Position numbers and translations under genes: made by a program. The notes under the pieces were generated by a model that ran no database searches, had not been told where the DNA came from, and was given only the letters and a program-made list of their open reading frames with translations. From assembly GCA_903847095.1 (NCBI GenBank), contig CAINCQ010000024.1, positions 126,618 to 190,617 of the forward strand: a stretch of 64,000 nucleotides of DNA. The letters run 5' to 3'. This document shows positions 55,793 to 64,000 of this stretch, one piece after another. The number at the start of each line of letters is the position of its first letter. Positions within the stretch are counted from its first letter, which is position 1. Source of the stretch: an uncultured bacterium. GTDB lineage: Bacteria; Patescibacteriota; Minisyncoccia; Minisyncoccales; UBA5738.

Positions 55793-57025
55793 ATGCAAAA
55801 AATAAACGAACTGGTAAAAAAACATAACGAATGGAGAAATAGTTGCGTCAATCTGATCGCGTCGGAGAACGTGATGTCGCCGGCGTGCGAAAAAATGTAC
55901 GTATCCGACTTGATGCACCGTTATGCCGAAGGCACACCGTTCCACCGTTTCTACCGGGGATTGAAATATGTTGACGAAATCGAAAGCTTGGTTCAGGAGG
56001 AATTCAAAAATCATTTTGGCGCCAATTTCGCCGACATCCGGCCGATTTCGGGAACCATTGCCAATTATGCCGCTTTTTCCGGTATTTCGGAGCGCCAAGA
56101 CAAGATCTTGTCGTTGGGCATCGAGAATGGGTCGCACGTATCCCACGAAAAAGCGGGTGCCGCCGGTTTCCTTGGATTGGAGGTTGATACTTTGTGTTAT
56201 GACAACGATCTTTCCATGGATTTGGAAAAAAGCGCGGAAAAAATCCTAGCCGTTAAACCTAGATTCATCGTGATCGGAGGTTCGGTGATCCTTTTCCCCC
56301 AGCCGGTGAAGGAATTGAAGGTTGTGTGCGATAAGGTGGGCGCGAAAATTATTTATGACGCGGCGCATGTGTTCGGCCTGATCGCCGCCGGGGTTTTTCA
56401 AGACCCCTTGAAAGAAGGCGCCGATATTATTACCACCTCCACCCACAAAACGTTTCCCGGTCCGCAGGGCGGATTGATTTTGGGAAATATTGACGAGTTT
56501 ACCGCTAAAACGATCCAGCTCCGGGTTTTTCCGGGCTTCTCGTCGAACCACCATCTGCACCGGATACCGGCGCTTTATTGCGCTTTAAAAGAAATGCAGG
56601 CGTATGGCTTGGATTACGCGGGCCAAATTGTGAAAAACAGCCAGGCGTTGGCGCGGGAACTTTTCGACAACGGATTCAAAGTGTTGGGGGAAAAGAAAGG
56701 TTTTACCCAAACGCACCAGGTTGTCGTGGACTTTGAAAGGCCGGGCGCGGGCCATGAAGCGGCGGCAAAATTGGAGGAGGTAAACATTATTTTGAATAAA
56801 AACATCATCCCGGGGTTAAACCAAAGCCCAAAAATGCCGCGCGGTATCCGGATCGGCGTCCAGGAAATGACGAGGTTCGGTATGAAAGAGGGGGAAATGA
56901 AAGAGATCGCCAGGCTGATCAAAGAAGCGATGCGCGACGAGCGGGGATTGGAAGAAATCAAAAAAGACGTGATCGGTTTGCGTTCGGGTTTTCAAATCGT
57001 CCGATATTGTTTCAATGAAGAGTGA
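55793..57025 (+). CDS. glyA: Serine hydroxymethyltransferase, archaeal-like
   Basis: LIASEN, RYAEG, YDAAHVFGLIA, PLP lysine in STHKTFPGPQGG, SNHH, GIRIG. Confidence 0.95.
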   Translation: MQKINELVKKHNEWRNSCVNLIASENVMSPACEKMYVSDLMHRYAEGTPFHRFYRGLKYVDEIESLVQEEFKNHFGANFADIRPISGTIANYAAFSGISERQDKILSLGIENGSHVSHEKAGAAGFLGLEVDTLCYDNDLSMDLEKSAEKILAVKPRFIVIGGSVILFPQPVKELKVVCDKVGAKIIYDAAHVFGLIAAGVFQDPLKEGADIITTSTHKTFPGPQGGLILGNIDEFTAKTIQLRVFPGFSSNHHLHRIPALYCALKEMQAYGLDYAGQIVKNSQALARELFDNGFKVLGEKKGFTQTHQVVVDFERPGAGHEAAAKLEEVNIILNKNIIPGLNQSPKMPRGIRIGVQEMTRFGMKEGEMKEIARLIKEAMRDERGLEEIKKDVIGLRSGFQIVRYCFNEE

Positions 57026-57114
57026 CCGCTTTTGGTTGGCCTTGACATTGTGAGCGTTATGTGATAACATGCTGCTATTGAGTTGCTTGATAATAAACAA
57101 AGGAGGGCAAACGG

Positions 57115-57249
57115 ATGGAAAAAGAAGCCAAAGAAGCCAAAGAAGGACGGGCTGAAAATGGGCTTGATTGTCCCGACGGAGGCGGTTGCCGGTTCGCCAA
57201 TCCGGCGCTGGAAGAGGTCGCGAGACTTGCAGGGTCCAATAAACGTTAG
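57115..57249 (+). CDS. Unannotated 44-aa small protein
   Basis: TTGACA-17nt-TAACAT promoter at 57042-57070; AAGGAGG RBS; MEKEAKEAKEGRAENGLDCPDGGGCRFANPALEEVARLAGSNKR*; hairpin plus T-tract at 57253-57275. Confidence 0.55.
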   Translation: MEKEAKEAKEGRAENGLDCPDGGGCRFANPALEEVARLAGSNKR

Positions 57250-57439
57250 CAAGGGAGCGGACGCTCTCTTTTTTCATAACCCGGCGGAGTATTGCAATTC
57301 GATTAAAAATTTTTTAAGATAAGCTTGTAATCCAATTATTATCCCTAGAGGAAGTAGGTGTTCTCAACTGGTTCTTAAATTCGTTAGAACTTAAGTGAGC
57401 TAAGTGAGTGGTCGCCCTACTAAGTAAACAAACAAACAA

Positions 57440-57745
57440 ATGAACAAGAAATTATACGTTGGTGGTTTATCTTACAGCACCACTCAAGATGTTTTGAAAG
57501 AAGGATTTTCCAAGGCAGGGACCGTTGAATCGGCGATTGTTATCACCGATAAAATGTCCGGCCGCTCGAAAGGTTTTGGTTTTGTCGAGTTCGCGACCGA
57601 AGATGATGCCCAGAAAGCCATCGAAATGTTCAACGGAAACGATTTCGACGGACGCAAAGTCACCGTGAGCGAAGCAAGGCCCATGGAAGAACGTCCGAGA
57701 AGGAATTTTGACCGTGGAGAAAGAGGTTTTGGCAGAGACGAATAA
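57440..57745 (+). CDS. RRM-domain RNA-binding protein
   Basis: RNP2 KLYVGGL; RNP1 KGFGFVEF; terminator at 57762-57790. Confidence 0.95.
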   Translation: MNKKLYVGGLSYSTTQDVLKEGFSKAGTVESAIVITDKMSGRSKGFGFVEFATEDDAQKAIEMFNGNDFDGRKVTVSEARPMEERPRRNFDRGERGFGRDE

Positions 57746-57905
57746 GGTTGATCTTATTGGCAAACTCCCCCGCATTTCGCGGGGGTTTTTGTTTTAATAC
57801 GCCTGGCAGTGCTATAATGTATAAATTAAAGAGCGAACGGGTCGTTTTAGGCGGGTTATTTCCGTTAAGCGCGGAAAATACCGCTGGATCCGTTTCCTAA
57901 ATATT

Positions 57906-58262
57906 ATGGAAGATACTCAAAAAACCGAAGCGGCTGTTGCCGCCGCAGAAGAAAAACCGCAGGAGAAAAAGATCAATGCCATGGCGTTGATCAGTTATAT
58001 CGGCGTCTTAAGCCTTGTTCCGTATCTGGCTCAGGAAAAGGACGGGTTCGCACGGTTTCATGCCAAACAGGGATTGGTGCTTTTTATCGGCGAGGCCGCT
58101 ACTTGGGTTTTATTGGTAGTTCCGTTTTTCGGGCTTTTGGCGGCCAATATTTTGAGTTTGGCGTGGCTCGTTCTTTCGGTGCTCGGTATTATCAATGTCG
58201 TTAACAATAAAAAGGAGAAATTGCCGGTGATCGGTGATCTGGCCGATCGGCTCAAGTTTTAA
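57906..58262 (+). CDS. DUF4870 family membrane protein
   Basis: ALISYIG..FARFHAKQGL..LPVIG. Confidence 0.8.
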   Translation: MEDTQKTEAAVAAAEEKPQEKKINAMALISYIGVLSLVPYLAQEKDGFARFHAKQGLVLFIGEAATWVLLVVPFFGLLAANILSLAWLVLSVLGIINVVNNKKEKLPVIGDLADRLKF

Positions 58263-58281
58263 AAAAGGGGAAAATAAATCA

Positions 58282-58665
58282 ATGTTTGTTTTTAAGTTTG
58301 GAAAGAAACAAGAGAAAAAGATAGTGGGTCCGGGAGCTAAACGGGTAAAATTGACCGCCTTGATCAGTTACCTGGGATTTTTTTGCCTGATCCCGTTATT
58401 TTCGGAAAACAAGCTGACGCGGTTTCACGCCAAACAAGGGCTGGCCATTCTTTTGGCGGAATTTATTTTTACCGCTGCGGTTTTGACAACCGCTTTTTTT
58501 GTGGAATACGGTTCTGTCTGGCATTCTATTCTGATATGGTCAACAATTTTATTTTGGTCGCTAACGACCGTTTTGCGGGTGATTGGGATTTCTTACGCCG
58601 CGAGGGATATGGACAGAGAAGTTCCCTTGGCCGGTTATTTGGCCGGGAAATTGTTCCGTTTTTAG
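58282..58665 (+). CDS. DUF4870 family membrane protein, tandem paralog
   Basis: ALISYLG..TRFHAKQGL..VPLAG. Confidence 0.75.
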   Translation: MFVFKFGKKQEKKIVGPGAKRVKLTALISYLGFFCLIPLFSENKLTRFHAKQGLAILLAEFIFTAAVLTTAFFVEYGSVWHSILIWSTILFWSLTTVLRVIGISYAARDMDREVPLAGYLAGKLFRF

Positions 58666-58880
58666 GATTAGCGACGCGGTTTCAACTAATCGATGTTATT
58701 CGATAGATCGATTGGCATGCGCCATATTCATCTTGGCGGTAATTTGGTTTATGAATAATCTAGTTTTTCCCTATTGTAAAAACGTGGCTTAGCTATTCTT
58801 TTCCTTGTTTTTAATGTTGGAGATTTGTTTTTTTGGCGGTATGATGAAAAAGTTAGCCGCTTTTTTCAGTCGCAAAAAAC

Positions 58881-61691
58881 ATGCCGATCGATCTCTCAAA
58901 ACTGAACAGCGAACAAAAGAAAGCCGTAAGCCATGAAGACGGTCCGCTTTTGATCGTGGCCGGAGCCGGTACGGGAAAAACGACTGTGATCACGAACCGC
59001 CTGGCCCGCTTGATCGAGGAAAAAGGGATAAAGCCGAACGAAATTCTTGCTTTGACGTTCACCGATAAAGCCTCGGGCGAAATGGATGACCGGATCAGTC
59101 AGTTGTTATCGATCGGTTATGCCGATCTTTGGGTATCGACTTTTCACGCTTTTTGCGAAAGGATTTTGCAAAACCACGGTTTGGATATCGGCCTTTCCAC
59201 CAATTTCAAACTGGTTGACCAGACGGCGGCCTGGCTTCTGGTGCGCCGCAACATCGACCGCTTCAAATTGAAATATTACAAGCCGCTGGGCAATCCGACC
59301 AAATTTATCCATGCGATGCTGGCGCACTTTTCTCACTGCAAGGACCAGGAGGTTTTTCCGGAGGATTATTTGAAATACAGCCGCGGTAAGATCGAGGAAA
59401 AAGAGAAGATCCGCGAGATTGCCCGCACTTATAAAATCTATCAGGAACTGCTTTTGGAAAACGACCTTTTGGATTTCGGCGATCTTCTTAATTACTGTTT
59501 AAGTCTTTTCCGCCGCCGCCCGGCCATTCTAAAAAAATACCGCGACCAATTCAAATATGTTTTAGTCGATGAATTCCAGGACACCAATTGGATTCAGTAT
59601 GAACTGGTAAAACTTTTGGCCCAGCCGAAAAACAATTTGACCGTTTGCGCCGATGACGACCAGGCGATCTATCGGTGGCGGGGGGCTTCTTTCGGCAATA
59701 TCATCCAGTTCAAAAAGGATTTTCCGGACGCGATGGAGGCGGTCCTTATAAAAAATTACCGGTCCTGTCAGAACATCCTTGACCTTTCGCACCGGTTCAT
59801 CCAGGCCAATAATCCCAACCGTCTGGAATATTTGAACAAGATCGATAAAAAACTGGTAGCCGTTTCCGGCTGTACCGGCATTATCAAGCATCTTCACTAT
59901 AAGACCTTGGATCAAGAGGTCCAGGGGACGGTGAGTTCCATTATCAATATATTAAAAGAGGAAAAAGACACTACTTTCGGGGATTTCGCTATCTTGGTAC
60001 GGGCCAATGAGAGCGCCAATTCGTACTCGCGCGCTTGCGAGCGAGCCGGTATCGCGTACCAGTTTCTGGCGTTAAAAGGCCTGTATTCGAAACCGGTGGT
60101 TTTGGATATCATTTCCTATTTCAAATTGCTCAATGACTATCATGAGGGGTCGGCGGTCTGGCGGGTATTGAACATGCCTTTTTTGAACATTCCAATGGAA
60201 GACGTTGCCAAGGCGACCCATTATAACGCCAAAAAATCACAATCCCTTTTTGAGTCGCTCAAGGAATTTAATGAGATTCCCGGTTTGAGCGAACCGGCTA
60301 AAATGACGATTGGAAATTTACTTTCGATGATCGAAAAACACTCGGCTATGACTGCGGAAAAAAACGTTTCCGAGATCATGGTATCGTTTTTATTCGATTC
60401 CGGTTATTTGAAATTCCTGGAAAAGCGGGCTAAAAAAGAGGATTTCGATTATATCAGCCAGCTTTTCAACAAGATCAAAGCTTTTGAGGACGCCAATCTT
60501 GATCCCAATCTCCGGCATTTCATGGAAGAGCTTGAATTGGAGCTTGAATCGGGCGAGGAAGGGAAGTTGGAGTTCGATCCAGGTTTGTCCGATACGGTGA
60601 AGATCATGACGGTACACGCGTCCAAGGGGCTGGAGTTCAAACACGTTTTTATGGTGAATTTGGTGGATCGGAAATTTCCGACCATCGAGCGGAAAGAGCA
60701 AATAGAATTGCCCAAAGCCTTGATCAAGGATATCGTACCCGAAGGCGATGTTCATCTACAGGAGGAACGGCGTTTGTTTTACGTGGGAATGACGCGGGCG
60801 AAAAGCGGGCTGTATTTCACGTCGGCTAAAGATTATGGCGGCGTCAATCAAAAAAAATTATCGTTGTTTTTGGCGGAGCTTGGCTATAAAAACGGCGAAC
60901 AAGAGGAGCCGGTGAAAAACATCAGGATCAGTAGCTATAAAAAACCCCAGACCAGGCTTCCTTTGCCCGATCATTTTTCCTTTACTCAGCTGGCGGCTTT
61001 CGAAAAATGTCCGCGACAGTACCAATACGCGCATATCTGGAAGATCAGGCCGCGCGGAAAAGCGGTTTTCAGCTTTGGAAAAACAATGCATAACACTCTC
61101 TACGAATCCTTGTTGGCAGGGGGAAAAGTGACGCTGGGCAAAATAAAGAAAGTGTACGAAAAGGAATGGATCAACGAATGGTTCGACGACCAGGCGGAAA
61201 AGGACAATTATCATAAACTTGGCTTAAAGTCTTTAAAGCTTTTCTGGCAGGATTATTCGCGCCGTTTGCCCAAGGTTCTTACTTTGAACAACGCGCCGGC
61301 TTTAGAGGTTGGGTTCAATCTAAAGATCAATGGCTACACGATCAACGGAAAAATCGACCGCATCGATGAGGCGGGCAAGGGAGTTGAGATCATCGACTAC
61401 AAAACCGGTACGGTCAAAGACAAGTTGCGGCCCGAAGAAAAGCAGCAGCTTTTGATCTACCAGATCGCGGCGCGGGAGGTTTTTGGATTAAAGCCGGAAA
61501 AACTTACTTATTTTTACCTTGAAAACGCGACGACCACTACATTTATAGGCAGTGAGGGTGATATCGAAAAACAAAAGGAAAAGATTGCCGGGCAGATCGA
61601 AAAGATCGAAAAAAGCAATTTTTACGCTACCCCGGGCTGGCATTGCGAGTGGTGCGACTACAAAGGGATATGCGAGTTCGCGAGAAAATAG
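58881..61691 (+). CDS. UvrD/PcrA SF1 helicase fused to a C-terminal PD-(D/E)XK nuclease
   Basis: AGAGTGKT, VDEFQDTN, MTVHASKGLEF, EERRLFYVGMTRA; GKIDRID..IIDYKTG..QLLIY; Fe-S-type cysteines C..CxxCxxxxxC. Confidence 0.95.
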   Translation: MPIDLSKLNSEQKKAVSHEDGPLLIVAGAGTGKTTVITNRLARLIEEKGIKPNEILALTFTDKASGEMDDRISQLLSIGYADLWVSTFHAFCERILQNHGLDIGLSTNFKLVDQTAAWLLVRRNIDRFKLKYYKPLGNPTKFIHAMLAHFSHCKDQEVFPEDYLKYSRGKIEEKEKIREIARTYKIYQELLLENDLLDFGDLLNYCLSLFRRRPAILKKYRDQFKYVLVDEFQDTNWIQYELVKLLAQPKNNLTVCADDDQAIYRWRGASFGNIIQFKKDFPDAMEAVLIKNYRSCQNILDLSHRFIQANNPNRLEYLNKIDKKLVAVSGCTGIIKHLHYKTLDQEVQGTVSSIINILKEEKDTTFGDFAILVRANESANSYSRACERAGIAYQFLALKGLYSKPVVLDIISYFKLLNDYHEGSAVWRVLNMPFLNIPMEDVAKATHYNAKKSQSLFESLKEFNEIPGLSEPAKMTIGNLLSMIEKHSAMTAEKNVSEIMVSFLFDSGYLKFLEKRAKKEDFDYISQLFNKIKAFEDANLDPNLRHFMEELELELESGEEGKLEFDPGLSDTVKIMTVHASKGLEFKHVFMVNLVDRKFPTIERKEQIELPKALIKDIVPEGDVHLQEERRLFYVGMTRAKSGLYFTSAKDYGGVNQKKLSLFLAELGYKNGEQEEPVKNIRISSYKKPQTRLPLPDHFSFTQLAAFEKCPRQYQYAHIWKIRPRGKAVFSFGKTMHNTLYESLLAGGKVTLGKIKKVYEKEWINEWFDDQAEKDNYHKLGLKSLKLFWQDYSRRLPKVLTLNNAPALEVGFNLKINGYTINGKIDRIDEAGKGVEIIDYKTGTVKDKLRPEEKQQLLIYQIAAREVFGLKPEKLTYFYLENATTTTFIGSEGDIEKQKEKIAGQIEKIEKSNFYATPGWHCEWCDYKGICEFARK

Positions 61692-61968
61692 CAATTTCCA
61701 TTATTAATATCCGTTTCCGCATAAAGCAAGAGTCGTTTTTTTTGCTCCTAAAAAAACAGAAAAAACCGCTTATTACTCCTGTTCGCACGCGCAGTAGGCT
61801 GCTGAGCTGTGTTCATCGATCTGTCTGTGGTAGCGCAAATGGTCAAGGAGAATCTCTTTGATCTTTTAATAATTTTTTGAAACTAGCGGACTTGGGTTAA
61901 GAAGCTTTGTCTGGTTCGGGATTTTTTAAAAAATCCAATCAGTGTTATAATTTAGCCAAGAAATCAAT

Positions 61969-62187
61969 ATGAACGGGATATTAAAATTTATTTTTACGAT
62001 CTTTGGCGGGGTCCTGATCGGGTTCGGTCTTGGTATCTTTGTTCACAAAAGCGCTTTTTTGGGACAGGGGCAGTATGATATCGCCATGATCTTAAGCCTG
62101 ATTTTGGGCGGTTTTTTTATTGCCTTGGGGATTCCCGGCAAGCGGATGATGCGTATCGAAAAGGAACAAGCCGAACAGCAGGTGTAG
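61969..62187 (+). CDS. Small two-TM hypothetical protein
   Basis: TGTTATAAT extended -10 upstream; two TM helices; terminator follows. Confidence 0.6.
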   Translation: MNGILKFIFTIFGGVLIGFGLGIFVHKSAFLGQGQYDIAMILSLILGGFFIALGIPGKRMMRIEKEQAEQQV

Positions 62188-62198
62188 GATTTTGTCAA

Positions 62199-62231
62199 AG
62201 AAAACCCCGCGTGAGCGGGGTTTTCTTTTTT
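62199..62231. terminator. Bidirectional Rho-independent terminator
   Basis: AGAAAACCCCGC-GTGA-GCGGGGTTTTCT between convergent genes. Confidence 0.8.
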
Positions 62232-62253
62232 AATTGGCCGTAAAATTTTTAAG

Positions 62254-63186
62254 TCAGTTCCCGAAAGCATTCATTAAAGGCGGGAGGAGGTCTTTTTTGC
62301 GCGACATCATCCCTTTGAGATAAACCAAATTGTTCGCCAGCTTCACGCCAAAGGCAATTTCTACCGGCGCTGGGTTGCCTGACACCAGAAGCTCCGATCC
62401 TTCTTTGATGATGTCGGTTTCCATCAGGGCGATGAATTCAAACTCGTTTTCATTCCTTATTTCTTCCATTCTCTTCCAAAGCTCTTCTTTTCTGCTTTTG
62501 GCTTCGTCGAGTTTGACCACTTCGATTTGGCCGATAGCGAATTTTTTGCCTCCGGCTTCGAATTCTTTGAAGTCCGATTTAATAATCTGGTCGGCGCTTA
62601 AGCCTTTTAAACTGGCTTTTTTTTCTTTGATCTCGATGCCGAATTTTTTGAGATCTTTGATCTTTGCTCTTTTGCCAAGCAATAAAGAGAGTTCTTTATC
62701 TTCCTTGGTTGTCGTAGCCGATTTGAAGACGACCGTGTCCGAAAGGATCGCGGAAACCAAGAGGCCGGCGGTCTGGGGCGTTATTTTGAACTTTTTATCG
62801 GCCCGCAAAATTTTAGCCACCAGCGTAGCGGTTGATCCGAGGGGTTCGGAGCGAAAAACAATAGGGTGGCCCAATTCAAAAGATACTTTGTGGTGATCGA
62901 GTACCTCGATGATCCTTGAGTCGCTGACGCCGTCGATGCTTTGACTTTTTTCGTTATGGTCAACCAGAACCAGCGATAATCCCGCGCCGGAATCGAGCTG
63001 GGCGGGCGTTTTTACCTTGAAAAAATCCAGAATGAATTTCGTTTCGGGATTGATTTCTCCAGCCACAACGGGAACGGCATTAACCCTTTTGGCTTTTTTC
63101 AAATAATCGGCGTAAACAATCGCCGAACATACCGAGTCGGTATCCGGAGATTTGTGACCGACAACGTAAATTTTTTCGTGAGGCAT
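62254..63186 (-). CDS. ppaC: Manganese-dependent inorganic pyrophosphatase (family II)
   Basis: GHKSPDTDS, LVDHNE, LDHH, AILSDT, DFKEF, SRKK. Confidence 0.96.
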   Translation of the reverse strand: MPHEKIYVVGHKSPDTDSVCSAIVYADYLKKAKRVNAVPVVAGEINPETKFILDFFKVKTPAQLDSGAGLSLVLVDHNEKSQSIDGVSDSRIIEVLDHHKVSFELGHPIVFRSEPLGSTATLVAKILRADKKFKITPQTAGLLVSAILSDTVVFKSATTTKEDKELSLLLGKRAKIKDLKKFGIEIKEKKASLKGLSADQIIKSDFKEFEAGGKKFAIGQIEVVKLDEAKSRKEELWKRMEEIRNENEFEFIALMETDIIKEGSELLVSGNPAPVEIAFGVKLANNLVYLKGMMSRKKDLLPPLMNAFGN

Positions 63187-63242
63187 GTTGGTTTTAATTT
63201 AGTTGTTATTATATTAGAATAAAGGGTGATTGTTGTCTAATT

Positions 63243-63358
63243 AAAAATTTAAAGCTCAGGATATAAAACGACAACGCAAAGTTTAAAATTTGAATAGAAT
63301 TGATGATTTTACCTTTTGCGGCGTCATTTTTATTTTTGATATTTACATTTTAAATTTG
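63243..63358. repeat. AT-rich degenerate inverted repeat in the divergent intergenic region
   Basis: ATAAAACGACAACGCAAAGTTTAAAAT pairs imperfectly with ATTTTACCTTTTGCGGCGTCATTTTTAT. Confidence 0.45.
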
Positions 63359-63362
63359 TTTT

Positions 63363-64000
63363 ATGGTTAACGCTTTAATCTACGCATTGCTTGGCGTTCT
63401 TCAGGGTATCTTTGAGTGGATTCCTGTTTCCAGCGAAGGGGTGGTGGCTTTGGCTGCTAAATTTTTGAAGACGGGTTTTAATCCGGTCGATCTGGCGCTT
63501 TTTTTGCATATCGGCACTTTAGCTTCCGCTTTGGTTTATTACCGGAAGGACTGGGCCGGGGTATTCACTTTCAAGGACCGGAAACTGATCATTTTTTTAA
63601 TGATCACTACCGTGGTTTCCTTGCCGCTCGGTTTTGTATTTTATAAGCTGATCGAACAGGCGGCGGTGGGTACCGGCCTTTTGGCTTTAACGGGGTTCGG
63701 GTTGCTTTTTACCGCTTACTTCCAGAAAAAGAAGATCCTTCTTGATATCCGTGAAGAAAAACTGGCGGCGATCGCCGGCGTATTGCAAGGCTTGGCGGTG
63801 ATCCCGGGATTTTCGCGATCGGGTTCCACGATCTTTGGTTTATCGCTCGCGAAATCCGATCCCAAAGAGATCTTAAGGCTTTCCTATCTGATGTCGGTAC
63901 CGGCCGTGACTGCTTCTACTTTATATTTTCTGGTTTTCAAGGGAGGGGATTTTTCGATTCAGCTTTGGCCGGGGGTTCTCGCGAGTTTTTTGTCGGGCCT
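63363..64000 (+). CDS. uppP: Undecaprenyl-diphosphate phosphatase (BacA family), 3'-truncated by the window edge
   Basis: MVNALIYALLGVLQGIFEWIPVSSEG..LHIGT..QGLAVIPGFSRSGSTI..SYLMSVPA; absent from the ORF track because no stop lies in the window. Confidence 0.92.
   Translation, partial: MVNALIYALLGVLQGIFEWIPVSSEGVVALAAKFLKTGFNPVDLALFLHIGTLASALVYYRKDWAGVFTFKDRKLIIFLMITTVVSLPLGFVFYKLIEQAAVGTGLLALTGFGLLFTAYFQKKKILLDIREEKLAAIAGVLQGLAVIPGFSRSGSTIFGLSLAKSDPKEILRLSYLMSVPAVTASTLYFLVFKGGDFSIQLWPGVLASFLSG

Noticed and set aside
57042-57069. lac-operator or synthetic promoter contamination (TTGACATTGTGAGCG)
   Set aside because: Only one half-site matches, the rest diverges and there is no other vector sequence; best read as a native -35 box

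Overview
Bacterial chromosome segment (genetic code 11) whose gene content and order point to Patescibacteria/CPR, Parcubacteria-like. That placement is an inference from the alpha2-type GlyRS, the IleRS with an inserted histidine-phosphatase domain, the glyQS-M16 peptidase-AI-2E-rsmI-metG-tatD order and the many ORFans. Core genes: infC-rpmI-rplT, tmRNA and smpB, argS, ileS, recO, glyQS, rsmI, metG, tatD, tRNA-Ser(GCT), thyX-glyA, a UvrD-nuclease fusion, ppaC and uppP. Accessory segments: an oxidative/UV-stress islet at the tRNA-Ser 3' end, a MarR-efflux operon, a split PEP-dikinase-like pair with a phosphatase and a MITE, and an AsnRS-paralog/methyltransferase/MccF operon facing a second aaRS-like gene. 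The most striking unannotated signal is three leader-peptide transcription attenuators of the same design at 18.6, 22.4 and 23.2 kb. The Ile/Leu-rich one precedes citramalate synthase. The Phe/Trp/Tyr-rich one precedes an ORFan. The Val/Leu/Ile-rich one precedes no protein gene, only a highly structured RNA with tRNA-like geometry. Several genes look archaeal. No rRNA, CRISPR array, integrase or transposase was seen. All protein family calls come from motif recognition; no database search was run.
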